A stretch of DNA of 63,809 nucleotides, counting the filler, from Olpidium bornovanus S191 (taxonomy: Eukaryota; Fungi; Olpidiomycota): NCBI GenBank assembly GCA_017911155.1. It is 21 parts of 21 records of this genome, joined end to end, with 100 filler letters (N's around TTAATTAATTAA, not from the genome) between each part and the next. Parts side by side here need not be neighbours in the genome. Positions count along the whole stretch, not along the records: positions 6,057 to 12,460 come from JAEFCI010000550.1; positions 12,561 to 16,933 come from JAEFCI010010346.1; positions 17,034 to 18,999 come from JAEFCI010008064.1; positions 19,100 to 20,871 come from JAEFCI010010439.1; positions 20,972 to 23,022 come from JAEFCI010001356.1; positions 23,123 to 24,769 come from JAEFCI010009409.1; positions 24,870 to 27,934 come from JAEFCI010005497.1; 14 more parts are not named here. One strand, 5' to 3'. The notes beneath the pieces are model-generated. The model had not been told where the DNA came from. It was given only the letters and a program-made list of their open reading frames with translations, and did no database searches. Below, piece after piece: positions 11,291 to 26,351 of this stretch; the first letter of the stretch is position 1; each line of letters starts with the position of its first letter. Position numbers and translations under genes: made by a program.

Positions 11291-12366
11291 GGAAACGCAT
11301 GTTTGAGATGGTTGAGAATAAGGTTTGCTTGTGTCCTATCTGCCAGAAATATTTGGAAGGGAAAGATCGAGATACGCTTGCCCTGATGCTACCGACGAAT
11401 CTTCATCGTCGATGGCATTTGGATATCGTTGCGATGCCTCGTTCGAGAGAAGGATACGTCTGCTTTGTCGAGGCTCGTGAGGAATTGAGTAATTTTGTGG
11501 AAGCTCGCGCACTTCGCTCTAAGCGTTCAGAGCCCGTCGGACGATTTGTCCTTGAAAATATTATAGCTTGTTATGGATGTATTGAGATTTTGCGCGGAGA
11601 CGGGGGTGAGCTCAATGAAGCAGGGGTCAAGGAGTTCTTACGTCGTTTTGGGATTAAGCTTCACTTTACAACGCCGTACAACCCGGGGGCAAATGGAAAA
11701 GCTGAACGGGGACATCGAAGTTTGCTTGGAGTTCTTCGGAAAAGTTGCGACGGGCACCGAAGAGATTGGGCATGCAGGCTACCACTCGCCTTCTGGGCCG
11801 ATCGTTCGACAGTATCACGCATGACAGGTTACATGCCAGCCGAGTTGCTTACTGGTACACGGCCTCCGTTTCCGGTGGACTCAGAAATCGTTAGCTGGGT
11901 AAGTTTGCCCTGGACAGACAATTGTTCCACGGAGGACCTGGTGGCAACCCGGATCAGGCAATTGGAAAGACGCGAGTCAGATTTGGAACTAGCAATTGCC
12001 CGAATTCGACAAGAGCGGGAAATAGCAAAGGAAAGGATAGATGCGTCGAGATTCACTTGGTCGAAAACGATTGAAGTGGGGGAATGGGTCCTCGTCCGTA
12101 ACGATCGTATTTACAATGAGTTTTGCACGGAACGCAAGCTTCTACCTCGCTGGTTTGGTCTGTATGTTGTAGCGGAAATTAACACGGAGTCCCGCACCTA
12201 TATTTTACGTGAGTTTGATGGGTCTGTTTTTAAAACACGCTACACGGGCACGCGGATTCGTCTGTTCCGACGTCGTGATGGAACACTCGACGTCAAACCT
12301 TTGGAGAAACCTCGTGACGAAGACGACGCGGATTTTGGCGCAGAAAATCTTAACAGTCAATTCTAA
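11270..12366 (+). mobile_element. Ty3/Gypsy integrase, 5' truncated
   Basis: HFFWKRM...CPICQ zinc-finger half; WHLDIVAMP (D), RGDGGE (D), YNPGANGKAERGH (E); VGEWVLVRN...KLLPRWFGLYVV GPY/F-like module. Confidence 0.95.
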
Positions 12367-13664
12367 GAAGTTTTGCGTGCTTGAACTACGAATGCCCTGA
12401 TTCCTCGTTGAGGATACGTAGGCAGTCTATGATCGTTGAATATTCATCGGGAGACGCGGGNNNNNNNNNNNNNNNNNNNNNNNNNNNNNNNNNNNNNNNN
12501 NNNNTTAATTAATTAANNNNNNNNNNNNNNNNNNNNNNNNNNNNNNNNNNNNNNNNNNNNAAGAAAAAAAAGCAAAAAAGGAAAACGGGCAAAAGAGGAA
12601 AAAGGTCGCGATTTTTCCGGGAAGAGCCGCCGTTAAAAAAAAACGGCCGGAGATGACGGGGGCGTGGGGGAGATTGGCATGGGGTGGGCGGAGGAGTCGG
12701 GGTGGGGGGGAGGGGGGTCTAACGAAGCGGGGAGAAACAAAAAAAAAAAAAAAAAAAACTTGGCGACGCCGTCACTCAAGCATCTCCTGCGCCGGCATAG
12801 CGCGCTGCTGATTCCACAAACCCGGGCCGAAGGGAACCAACTTCCACCCCGAAGCGCGGCCGGCGGAACGCTGCAAGAAAGCCCTCGAAACGCCCGCCTC
12901 AGATCGCGGCGCGCGTTGCGAGCAAACAACAACAACAACAGAAGGAAAAAAAAAAAAATAAGGGCCGCCAGCCGTTTCGGCAAGTGCCCGGGAAATCGTC
13001 GGGCCGACCGAAAAAACAAAAAGAAAAAAATTGAGTTGCGGGAGACGTGGTTCCCGAACCGCGCCGGGGTTCTGGCCTTGCCCGGAAGAATGTACCCCGG
13101 CCCCGCCCGACATTTCGAAAAATGGGCTCACGTTACGCCGGCCGTGAACCCGCCTGGGATGAGGAGGTTATCAACCTCCCGGCCATTCTGCGCCCATCAA
13201 ACTCCCCGACTCTTGCCATCCCCGTCCACACCCCCTGCCATCTGTATCGAGGATTCTCATCGGTTGTTTAGGCGAGTTTTCCCCTTCCCCCATCCCCTCG
13301 CGCCTCTTTCCTCCGCCAGGATGCTGTGATCCGTCGCTCCGGATTTCAAATCTTGGAATGATAAGCCCAAGCGTTAGCAGAACAGGATCACCACACCGAG
13401 ATTCGGGTTGGCATGGCGGCTGTCCGAATGTTTGGTCGCAGCTGCTGTGGCGCTACTACCCGCGGATGCTTATATCGTCGCCATGTTTCCTGCACTCGCA
13501 CAGGTGCCGCTGTCAAATTGTCCGCCCCGGCAAGGTCATTCCCAGTCTGGGAAGCGGAGACGCGGACGGACCCGTTGATGACAGCACCGCCGGCAGACAG
13601 ACGCAGATTCTGGCGGTGACGTTGGCGCCGGGGGGGGGGTGGGGGGGGGGGGGCCCGGGGGGGG

Positions 13665-13712
<48 letters not shown>

Positions 13713-14191
13713 GGCCACGGAAGCGAACCTTCGCCGAGCTCGACCGGCGTCGGCCAGGCCGACTGCTCCCCCCCCCCCCTGCCGACGCAGTTTTGGCGCG
13801 CGGCTCGGCCGAGCCTCTTTTGCTCACGGGTTTCGCCGGTAACGGCGACGGAGGTATCCGTTTTCATGTCGACCAAATTCCGGCGCGGACCGGGCCCGGA
13901 TGGGCATTTCCACGAAAAACAAGGAAAGAAAAATTTGTCGCGGGGTTTACTCTCCCTGCGCCTCAAACAAACGCGTTCCGTTTGCGCTTGGACACACCCC
14001 TTCCCCCCTTTCCTCCTCCCACGCGCCACCCCCCTCCCCCCCGCACGTCACCACCACCACCAAATTCCAAACCGCGACCGGAGAAACGCTCAACCCGTCC
14101 TCCCCGCACAAACCCGTTCCCCGCACAAACCCGTCCCCCGCACCCCAGTCGACCGCTTCCGCCCGGCCCCGTCCGAAGAAAGAGGGACCCC

Positions 14192-16933
14192 ATGGCCGCC
14201 TACGTGCGGATGCAGCAGATAACCCAGCCCGGACGGGCGGAGGAGGAGCTGCGTGACCTCCGGTTGCGCTTCGAGCTGCTTGGTGCGCAAACTGACAGGG
14301 CGGGGGAGAGCCCGGCCTGGCCCGGGCGGACCCCCCCGGGGGGCCACCGTTCCCCTCGGGGGGGTTTTCTTTTTTCGCGAGGGGGAAGGCCGCATTTTTT
14401 GCTGACAGGGCCCCCGCCGCACATGCGTCTAACAAAACAAAAATCATCGAAAAAAAAGAGGGAGACAAGAAAGCGTACTACGAGACGAGCCAATGGGCGA
14501 TACGGAGAAACAAAGAGGTGATCAGGCAGCTGCGAGCGGAAATCAGCCAGCTGCGAGACAGGATGGTTAAACCCCGAAAAGTGAGCCTGCGATCCGACCC
14601 CGCCGGGGGGCACTTTCTTCCCCTCCCGCCCCGCCCGCCGCCCTCTTCCTCCTGCCCGTTCCCCCGTTTTCGGTTTTTCACGAAAAAAAAAAAAATCGGC
14701 GGGCGGCCCGATCGACGTTGACCGGTCCGAGAATAAACCGAACCGACAAAATCGGGGCTTTTCCATTATTTTACGCAGCAAACCGTCCAAGCGCCGGGGG
14801 CGTGCACGCCGGTGCTGATCCGGCCTCCCCCGACGCCGCTGGAGAGATTCGACCACAGGGTCTGCGAGCAGCACAAGCGGGCGGACCTGTCCCTCGCGCG
14901 GCTGCAGTCCAAGCGCAAGCTGCTGGCGGCACTGAAGGCGGAGCTGGCGAGGTGCGAGCGCGAGGCGGAGGCGATCCGGGCGGGGCTCGCGGACTCGCAG
15001 CAGGCGCGAGCGATCCGCGGACTGGAGAACCGGCTCGACAAGGCGGTGATCAAGCAGGCCGAGGCCGCGTCGGTGCGCAAGACGTACGAGCAGATCGCGC
15101 AGCGGCTCTTCGAGGAGCGGCTGGCGTTCGACGCGCAGCTGGCCGCGTTCGAGCACGCCCTGGGCAGCAAGAAGGCCGACACGGCGCAGCTCGAGTCCAT
15201 GGGCAGGGACGCGGGCCACGCGAAGGACATCGCCAAGGCCGAGCTGGCGAAGATCGACGCGGCGGTGGTCGAGGACAGGGCGAGCAGGGAGAAGAGCCTC
15301 CAGGCCAAGAAGGAGCAGGTCAAGACCCAGATCGAGACGAACCAGGCGGCCCTGGCGGCCCTGCTCCCCCACGACGACCAGGGCCTGCAGAGCGGGCCCG
15401 GGGCGGAGTTCCTCGCCGGCGCCGCGGTGGCCAAAGGGGACCTCGCGGACCCGGAGCGGGAGCGCAAAGCGGCCGAGTACGAGACCATCATGCGCGCGCT
15501 GAAGGAGACGATGGGCATCTCCCACTTGGACGAGGTGGTCGAGAAGCTGAAGCTGAAGGAGGAGACCCGCTCCCACCTCCTGAGCCTGCAGCACATCAAC
15601 GAGCAGAAGATGATGAAGGCGGAGGAGAAGCTGCAGAAGGCGCAGGAGTACTCGGGGAAACTGAAGTACGCGTCCGAGGAAGGGCGGCAGAAGAAGCTGG
15701 CGCTGGCGGAAGAGATGAGGCGGCACGCGCAGCTGGAGGCCAAGCGGTGCGCAGACGCCAAGCAGCGAGCGGAGAAAATTGTCAGGACGCTGCTGAGCTG
15801 CAAACTCGGGATCCAACACATGGTGGAGAAGCTGGAGGGCATTGAGCCGGTACGTACGCGGAAAGAGAGGGGGGGGAGGGGAAAAAGGACGAAAAAGCGG
15901 ACGAAAATCAAAAAAACACACAAAAAAGGAACAACAAAAAGGAGGTAAAAGAAGAATATAACCAAAAAAAAAAAAGAAAAAAAGAAAAAGAGATAAAAGA
16001 AAAATAAAAAAATCAACAGCCAACGCGCAGGCCCGCGGACTCCGCCGACCGACGTTCCGATTTCTTTTTTTTTTCTGTTTTTTTAAAAAAATAATACTTT
16101 CGCGCAAGTCGGCGAAGCACGTGAAAGTCACGGACGAAACGGCCACGGACGTTCTCGCGCTCGTGACGGAGAAACTCGGGAGACTGTTCCTGACCGTGGC
16201 GTCCAAGGAGATCGCGGCGCAGCAGGCGGCGAAGGCGGCGGCGGAGGCGGCGGCTATGGAGGCGCAGCTGGCCCTGGAGGCCGCGGAGGCGGAGGCGCGG
16301 GAGTCGGCGGCTCAGGCGCGGCGCGAGGCCGCGCCGGAGGACGGGGAGGAGGCGCCGTCGAGCCCCGCGGGGGAAGCGAGCAAGCCGCCGGGGCTGTCGG
16401 AGGCGGCCGAGGCGGGGCAGCAGGCGGAAGAGGCCGCGGCGGCGGCGGGCGCGGCGGAGCCGCTCGGGAAGGACCACCAGGAAGCCGGCCGCGCCGCGGC
16501 GGCGGGGGCGGCGGCGGCGAAGCAAGCCGCCGCACCGGCCTCGGAGCCGAGCCCGGCAGCGCCCGCCGCGGGCCCGGGACAATCGGCGGCGGCGGCGGCG
16601 GTTGCCGAGCGGCCGCCGTCGCCGTCGGCGGAGGAGATGATGAAGCCGGAGCTGATATTCTTCACGACGGGCGGGCCGGGGCCGTCTCCGCCGATCGTGA
16701 CGATCAGCCAGTCGGCCACGACCCTGCCGCCGAACAACTGCCGCGTCAAGCTCAAGCCCCTCGAGTTCGAGCTGGCGGCCGGCAACGGCTCGGACGACGA
16801 GTACGACGACCGGGACGACGACGCCTTCTTCGGCCACGAAAGCCTCGCCGGCAGGCACGGGACGGCGGTCGGGGCGGGCGCCGCGGCCGTCCCCGACCGG
16901 GAGATGATCAAAAAGCAGGCGGCGATGATCATG
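14192..16933 (+). CDS. ODAD3: Outer dynein arm docking complex subunit CCDC151/ODAD3, spliced, 3' truncated
   Basis: LRFELL|EGDKKAYYETSQWAIRRNKEVIRQLRAE matches CCDC151 [29 protein letters not shown]; coiled coil IRGLENRLDKAVIK. Confidence 0.85.
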
Positions 16934-17033
16934 NNNNNNNNNNNNNNNNNNNNNNNNNNNNNNNNNNNNNNNNNNNNTTAATTAATTAANNNNNNNNNNN
17001 NNNNNNNNNNNNNNNNNNNNNNNNNNNNNNNNN

Positions 17034-17077
<44 letters not shown>

Positions 17078-17108
17078 GAGCACGCCAAGACGAAACGTCT
17101 GCACGCAC

Positions 17109-18511
17109 TCTGTAGGTTGCATATATGATCCCGAATTGATCGTACGTGCACACGATGAGGCACTGGAAGATGTACGCGACCGAAAACAGTCGCAGGGTCC
17201 GCGTCCGGAGGAGCAGATCGAGGGGCGCAACCATGCGCTTGGTCTGCTCCTTAAATCCGTCGGGCTCCGTGATTTTAGCGTTGCCGGCGGAATGGGCGGT
17301 TTCCCTCATGAAGAACAGGACGTATAAAAACGTCAGGACTGCCAGCACCGATGTGCAGATGAACACCGTCCGGATCGACGTCCGCTGCGCAATTGAGGTA
17401 GTCGGTACGCCGATCAGTGGTCGGGCCCGGGCGGCATCCGACAATTTTTGCGACCAAGGGCGAAGCCAGAAATTACGTCTGCCAGTATGCCGCTGGTGAA
17501 GCTCCCGGAGACGGCGCCGGCCAGCACGGCCGCCTGCAGGTTCCCGAATGCCGTGGCTCGGTTACCCTCCCGTTCGGTGAGGTCGCTCACGCTCGCCTGG
17601 AGCTGGCCGAGCAAGCTGCCTTCGCCGAGCACGGCAGAGAGGGCCATGTTTGCCGTGAGCCTGAGAGCGCAGAGGGCATGTCGGCGGAGGGAGGGGGGGG
17701 GGGGGGGGGGGCGGGGGGGGGGGGGGGGGGGGGGGCAGAGACGTTCGTCAACGCGTTCGCCCTACGGATTCAGCAGACTCGCGGCTCCGTACCACCGAAC
17801 GTTCAGGCCGAACGCGTCTATCAGTGCCGCGTTGGCGAAAAGAACCGCGCCTCCCAAGAGCGTGGTGAGTATCACCGGTTTCCGGCCGTAACTGTCGGAA
17901 ATCGCGCCGACGCAGGAGCTTGTGACGATCACTGTTTTGTGCCGAGCGAAGGTCGACACGTCCGTTGACGGCGGCGACGCGGCAACCCGCTCCAATCGCG
18001 CCGCGCGCACCCCCCCCCCCTACCGCGCGTTAGGACCCTTACCGGGAACAAACTGGACAAGCGTCGACTCGGTGGTCCACTTGGCTATCTCGGCCTGGAC
18101 GGCCGGAGTTTGGCAGGTGTTCTCCTCTCCGACGGTCGGAACGTCGAGATAATACTGCTGGCACACCTTGCGGAGCATGAACTGGATCGAGGCGACCTGA
18201 CCGGCGCCGAGGAGAAAGCCGATCGCGACGGCGAGGACCAGCACGCGCCACAGTCCTCCCGGCGCGCGCGCCGGAGCTTCTTTCGTCGCGGCCGGGGCCG
18301 CGGGCGGCGGCGGCCCCGACGGGTTCGCCGGCCGAGGGCGGGCGTCGGGGTCGGCGATCCGGGAGCACCGGGAGGAGCCCTGGGAGGACGCGGAGGACGG
18401 CGCATCCGGATCGGCACAAGGTCGGACCGGCGAAAGAAGCGGCGTCTTTTCGTGGCAGCCTGGAAGCCGGCCGCTCGCCGCCGGCTGGGCCCGGCACATC
18501 GACGTGCTCAT
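17109..18511 (-). CDS. MFS transporter, SLC46/TETRAN-like, spliced, 3' truncated
   Basis: EKTPLL sorting-like motif, transmembrane helices, CQTPAVQAEIAKW loop, motif A GAISDSYGRKP, RATAFGNLQAAVLAG, LYVLFFMRET. Confidence 0.85.
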
Positions 18512-18953
18512 CGAACTGCGCGGCAGTCACGCGCGGAGAGAGCGTGCCAGTCAGGACGACGCGCGCCGGCACCCGCGCCGCGAGGCGGCGGGTGCGCGTC
18601 CGGTCCCGGGAACCCGATAACGTGACAACGCGGTGTCGGTAAGGTGCCGGACGCTGGAGAACAAACTTTGCGGGACCCGAACCTGCGCCCCGCGCGAGCG
18701 GCCTGCGCCCTCGCGTTTCGACGCCTCGGCGGCCCGCTGTCCGAAAGCACGCCGTGATCGGGTCTGATCAGTTGGAGCGCGGGCGGGGGAAAGGAGGGTG
18801 AAGGGAGGAAGTGGCGACGGCCGGGGGGCCAGCTCACGGATCTTCGGAAACGTGGACGAGGAACCGGGACGGCACGGGCCGGAGAGCGGTTGGTGAGCGG
18901 GGCGGCAGAGGCGCGTGTGGGGCGCCAGCCGGGGAAAGGGCCGAGGGCGGCGT

Positions 18954-18992
<39 letters not shown>

Positions 18993-19356
18993 GCGGGCAN
19001 NNNNNNNNNNNNNNNNNNNNNNNNNNNNNNNNNNNNNNNNNNNTTAATTAATTAANNNNNNNNNNNNNNNNNNNNNNNNNNNNNNNNNNNNNNNNNNNNC
19101 ATGGCGCCTTTTTTTTTTTTTGTCAAAAAAAGCGACAACGCGTGCGCGTCAAGTGCATATCGCGAGAAGTAAATTGCGGAAGGAAAAAAAAAGGCAGGCC
19201 TATATACCAGAACTACAAACGAAACGTGCAAAGAGCAATGATACGCGCAGAAGGACGTGTATTGAACGAAAAACGAAAAATGGAAAGAAGAAAAGAAAAA
19301 AATCTCCCCTCCGACCCCAAAAAAATGGCAAGATGCGTTCACAAAAGTTTGAACTC

Positions 19357-20871
<1,515 letters not shown>

Positions 20872-21198
20872 NNNNNNNNNNNNNNNNNNNNNNNNNNNNN
20901 NNNNNNNNNNNNNNNTTAATTAATTAANNNNNNNNNNNNNNNNNNNNNNNNNNNNNNNNNNNNNNNNNNNNCAACGACAAAAAATAAAGAAGCATAGCCG
21001 ACGTCGCGCGATGCGGAAATGGCAGGAACCTTTTGGTCGCAAATGGTAATCCCGCATAATCCCGCCTGCCGCATGGGGGGGGGGAATGGGGGGGATGAAA
21101 GAGGGGGATTTTTGTTTCCCTTTTTTTTTTTTTTTTCTTTCTCTCTCCCCTCCCTATTCACGCCTTGAAAGCGGCGAGCCTTGACGTGCGGAAAACGG

Positions 21199-21410
21199 AG
21201 AGAGAGAGAGAGAGATAGATAGAAAGAAAGAAAGAGAGAGAGACTGAGAGAGAAAGGAGAGAGAGAGAAAGAGAGAGAGAGAGCAGAGAGAGAGAGAGAG
21301 CAGAGAGAGAAAGAGAGAGAGAGAAAACGAGCGAGCGACAACGAGAGAGAGCGAGAGAGCAGAAAGAGAGAGAGAGAGAACAGAGAGCAGAGAGCAGCCG
21401 AAAAGAGGGC
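21199..21410. repeat. GA-rich microsatellite
   Basis: Imperfect (GA)n/(GAAA)n tract. Confidence 0.95.
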
Positions 21411-21588
21411 GCGCCCGGAGCCAACAACCGTGGCCAGCGAGGCCGCAACCTCGCCCACCCTCTCTCTCCCCGTGAGCTCACACGTCGGACGGCACAAAAA
21501 AAAAAAAAACGCCGGACAAAAAAAAACGCAATCCGGCCCACCCCGGCCCCTCCTCCTACAATCCCGCACCACCCGGCAGGCCGGCACG

Positions 21589-22990
21589 ATGATCTCCGCC
21601 GTCTTCATTTACAACCAGAAAGGAGAGGTGAGTCTTGAGAGTGACGCATTTCGGGTCTCGGCGCCCGCGCTCGGAAACACGGCCCGGGAGGGGCGCCTGG
21701 AAGCCCGCTGTCCGCCGCTGCCGAGAACGCCCACATCGAAGTTCAAACCGCGGCGCCGACGCGGGATCCGCCCACATCCCCCCTTTCTCGCTTCCCCGCC
21801 CCCCCTTTCCAAATTCCGCTGGCTTGAGCCGGGTTGTTCTCGTGGACGATAAAGACAGTTTTTTGGCATTCCATGTTGCTCACACCTTTCTTTCCCCTGT
21901 CCGTTAGGTGCTGATCTCCCGGCTTTATAGACAAGATCTGAAGTGAGTGTGGCCGCGGCGAAGGGCAGAGTGGTGCCGTTTGTTTGGCAAAAGCTTATTG
22001 GCCGCTCGTTATTCACCGCGGCCGGGCCACGCCTCTGACCTCCCCGCGGCTTTGGCCACCTGACGCCACCGCCCCCCCGCCCCCCCGCCGTGGCGTTCCA
22101 GACGGTCGTCGGCGGACGTCTTTCGGATCCAGGTGATCTCGTCCAACGAGATCCGGTCGCCGATAATAACAATGGGGAGCACCTCCTTTCTGCACGTCCG
22201 CCACGAGAACCTCTACATCGTTGCTGTGACGAAGTGCAACGCCAACGCCGCTTTGATCTACGAGTTCTGCTACCGCGTCATCAACATCGGGAAGAGCTAT
22301 TTTGGAAAGTTCGACGAGGAGGCAGTGAAAAACAACTTCGTGCTGATATACGAGCTGCTCGATGGTGGGCGAGGCCGGAATATTTTTTTATTGGACGTGT
22401 TGGACGCCTCGACCTGCCGGTCGATTTTAACAGCTGCCCCCGCGGGACCGGGCGTGGGGATCGCGTCGTCGTCCAGAGATACTGGACTTCGGGTATCCAC
22501 AGAACAGCGAGACAGACACGCTCAAGATGTACATTACAACGGAAGGAGTGAAGTCGGAGAAGGCGATGGTTCGTCCGCCGTGTCGCGCGTCGTTCAGATT
22601 ACCACTCGCGAACAGGTCAACGAAACGTTGTAACGTCCGAGTGGCTTAGGCGCAAGATTCTAGCAAGATTACTATCCAGGCCACCGGCGCGACTTCCTGG
22701 CGGCGCGCCGACATTAAGTACCGCAAAAACGAGGCCTTTGTTGACGTCATAGAGTCCGTTAATCTAATAATGAGTCAGAAGGGTGCGTTGGCTGCGAGTC
22801 GCCGAATTTCGGTTGTTGGGGCGCCCATTTTGCGGCTGACAGGGCCCGTCCGCATCCCTTGGGCCGAAGGTACTGTGTTGCGAGCCGACGTGACGGGACG
22901 GATCATGATGAGGGCGTATCTTTCTGGCACGCCCGAGTGCAAGTTCGGTTTGAACGACAAAGTTCTTCTTGAGCGCGAGCCGAAATCCAG
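21589..22990 (+). CDS. AP2M1: AP-2 adaptor complex mu subunit, spliced, 3' truncated
   Basis: [13 protein letters not shown]|VLISRLYR; [18 protein letters not shown]|EILDFGYPQ; [23 protein letters not shown]; [17 protein letters not shown]. Confidence 0.95.
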
Positions 22991-25047
22991 GTAACTTCGT
23001 GTCATCGAACGGGAATAGGTCANNNNNNNNNNNNNNNNNNNNNNNNNNNNNNNNNNNNNNNNNNNNTTAATTAATTAANNNNNNNNNNNNNNNNNNNNNN
23101 NNNNNNNNNNNNNNNNNNNNNNCATGCGCTTAACCAGGGTGAAAAAACAAACGCGGGACCACTCGTCTGCCGGGACACGAAAGAGTGACGCTGTCAGACC
23201 AGGCCCGGAGCGTGCGGAGTATAGATTGCTTTGCGACGCTGTGGCCCGCGTGCCCAGGTAGCAACGAGCCTGCCCGCCGAAGAAGAAAAAAGCCCCGGAA
23301 TCCCGCTTGCAATTCGCACACAGCCGCGAACCCAGAGAAGGCAACTTCTTAGATGACACGTCTAAACCGGCGATTGGTCGCCATCGTTTTCGAAACTACA
23401 TGCTCGGTTCAGCGTAAACTTTTTTTGACGATGGGTGCGTTACTCGGCCACGGTTTCAGGTGGTCAGGCACTATTCACCGATATGGGAATCGCCTTGCAA
23501 GGTGTCCTCCGTACGAGGGTCTCGGTCTGCGATACCGCGGCTGCTGACTGAAAAACCTGGCCCCAGAGCAACTCGTAATCATGCCGTGGATACCGTCGGA
23601 GAGTATGACAGTGGCACATAGGCCATAAAGCGCCGGGAGTGCATTCCGCTTTTTTTTTTTTCTTTTTGTTTCTAGGTTGATTTTGATCGGGCAGTTGCCG
23701 AACGCGCCCACACAACTGCGGGTGTGATCATGGGAAGCGTTTGTGCGCTGGACGCGGCGCTGTCGCGCGCGAGCGGGGGAGACCGCGCTAGTGGAGAAGG
23801 CACCTCATCGTTTTGCAGGCGCCCTTTTGCGAGCTTGCGGCCGACACATCACAAAACGCAGCCGCTTGAAGTCGAACGAACCACGAGCTAACGTAATCCT
23901 TTCGCGTTGATGCTGAACCAAGATTGTTGTGGCACGCGCCGAGGCCAAGTGGAGCGACTGGTTTGGCGTGCGTCCAGGAGGGGGGCCACAACGGGAGGGA
24001 AAATGTCCGGCCGCTTTCGCATTATCCGTTGGGCATCAAAGGCCCGGGAAAGTGATTTAGGTCACCAAGAAAATTGCCTAGCATCCGTTGAGAGAACGCC
24101 GATGAGCGAGCCTCGTGCGAGCAACGTGCTTAGGTGCACCGGCACGTGACCCAGATCTTAGCCCAGACCTATAAGGGTCGGTGTGAGTAGTGTGCCAGCG
24201 TGGTAGTCACGTGCGCCCCTTTCCGCCGGGGAACGGCGCGAAATTCCCGACAGCTCCCTCTCCCGGCCCCAACCTTTGATGTTTCTCCCTTGGCCGGGAG
24301 TAACATCAATCGTAGCAAAAAGCAAATGGAAGAAGAAAAAAGGCGCAATTGTAGGACTCAACGAGCGAATCCAACCCCCAACCTGGCAAGAGCGAACAAA
24401 GCAAACAAAGGTGTATGCAACTATCCCTGTCCAAACCTCACCAGTGCCTGCAAAAGAGTTGCAGGACCTTAAGTGCTCAAGGCCTGACGTAAAACCTTGC
24501 GCGTTCCCTTGTCTTTCTCTTCGTGCTCCCTTTGTGAAAGAGGTTTGGTTTCTGTTGTTTCCCTAGTGCGGGATGCGACCCAATCGACGCGGCCGCTACG
24601 ATACCGTCCGTTGGCATCGTCCCCTTGTCCGGCGATGCCGGCGCGTCACGCCTCCTCGCGAAATTGCCCTATGTCGCAATGCGTCCGAACCACCTTCCCT
24701 CCGGGGGGGGGGGGGGGGGGGGGGCCCTGGCCCACCCACGCAGCGCGGCGTTTCTCTTTGTGCTCTCCGNNNNNNNNNNNNNNNNNNNNNNNNNNNNNNN
24801 NNNNNNNNNNNNNTTAATTAATTAANNNNNNNNNNNNNNNNNNNNNNNNNNNNNNNNNNNNNNNNNNNNCTCTCCAGAGCTTCCTTGAACTCCGAGTTCA
24901 ACACGCCCCCCCCTTGCCCCGTTTTTTTTTGGCCGTGCAAAAAAAGAGAAAATTTTGCCATTTGCGCGATGGCATCAAATTACCGGTGCTTCCCTTGCCC
25001 TTTTGGAAGCAGCAGATCGTTATAAGTCGCACCCTCGCGGGACGCAA

Positions 25048-25103
25048 CAGAAAGCTAGTAAAAATACCTGCACTTGCCAGAAAGCTAGTAAAAATACCTG
25101 CAA
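25048..25103. repeat. 30-bp tandem duplication
   Basis: CAGAAAGCTAGTAAAAATACCTGCA twice. Confidence 0.9.
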
Positions 25104-25289
25104 CGCGCAGTCAATAGAAATCTCTCGGTCACGTTGGCCGGATCGTCCGTGTTATTTCCCCGGTTTTCGCCTCCCATGCCGCTGCGGTCTCCGCTCCGTT
25201 TTCCCTCACCCACAACCCCCCTTTTTTTGTTGATTCTTGGCGCCGCCGCCTGTTTCGAGCACGTGCACCGCGCGGGACTCGGGTCTTTT

Positions 25290-25600
25290 ACGTACGTTGA
25301 GGTCCGGTCAGGTTGGTCGTTCTGCGCGTTTGGTGCTCAGCGCAACGCCAACCAATGTCTGGTCGCGTCGTGGGTGACAACCAAAGCAAGGAAATAATTT
25401 TGATGTAACTTCCTTCATTGTCAACTGCTTCGTGATTGCCGGTCGACAATGTCGTGACGTCACTACTATCGAACGGCGCGCCCGTCGGTTTGGCATTCCC
25501 GCTTCTGATTGGTGGTTTTGCTTTCCAAACCGTGACGGGGACCTTCACTTCATTCAAAACATTCGGAAGCAACCACAATGTCAGGAAATCTCACAACTGG
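25290..25600 (-). mobile_element. Highly degenerate Copia RT fragment
   Basis: GNAKPTGAPF...SYIKIISLLWLSPTTRPDIGW resembles KPxxTP...YxxLIGSLLYLxxxTRPDIA. Confidence 0.65.
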
Positions 25601-26351
25601 ATTGTTAGAAGAGTAACTAAACAGAATCAGGCCAGCTGGCCGAGTGCCGGAACTACCGTTAGGGAATTGGACCGCAGCAGCGAAAGATTGTGAAGTTGCA
25701 GTCAGTCGCGGCGAACAAAACGAGCATCTTGTTCAAGTTTTGCGCGGGTGGCGCCACGCCTACGACATTGTATGACGACGAAGTAATTGGCGCCACAGTT
25801 CAGCGCAAGTGCCGAAAGTGAGAGCGCGCGGGATGAATAGATGGGTGGGGCCAAGTTGCCGCCGCCCGTGAGAATTCTTGGTATTGGGCCGAAATCCGAT
25901 GTCACATGCCGGCAGAACGAGTGGCGGTATGAACGGGCCGATGGGCAGCGAGCGCCATGCGCAGCACGCCGTCTTCGGCAACCGAGAGGACAGCAGAGCC
26001 CGAGAAGATCACCGCCACAAACGAGATGGAGTGACAGTTGCAAAGATGTCCCCCACCGCACTGACTGAAGCTTCGGTGGCCCGAATTCCGCGTCTTTCTT
26101 TTTTTTTTTTTTTTTTTTTTCCCCGTTTTGACCAGATCCTTTTGCGCGCGCGGAATCGTGTTTACTTTTTTCCCCCCGCTTCCGAGCCCAGCGGTGGCGA
26201 GAACCCCTGTGGCGCTCACAAGCTGAAACCCCCGCCCCCTGGTTTGGCTGGAGGCAGCGCTTTCTCGCCCCCGCCGCCGCACCGCGACCTCGCCCCACCG
26301 CGTACCCGGACCTCTCAACCCGCGACCAGGGCCCCGCGAGTATCACGCGCG

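Noticed and set aside
13080-14029. Possible gene divergent from ODAD3
   Set aside because: No recognisable motif, and a poly-G run prevents frame assignment
14200-16206. 668-aa minus-strand ORF, and similar long ORFs at 33527-34762, 44504-45427 and 54511-56031
   Set aside because: Shadow frames opposite GC3-rich real genes (ODAD3, HSF, UTP25, ERB1); stop depletion is expected at this GC content
23123-24769. Short ORFs on contig 7, and likewise at 1-700, 28035-28900, 41400-42491, 49081-49600 and 59297-60622
   Set aside because: No motif, codon bias or consistent splice pattern I could support; left unannotated
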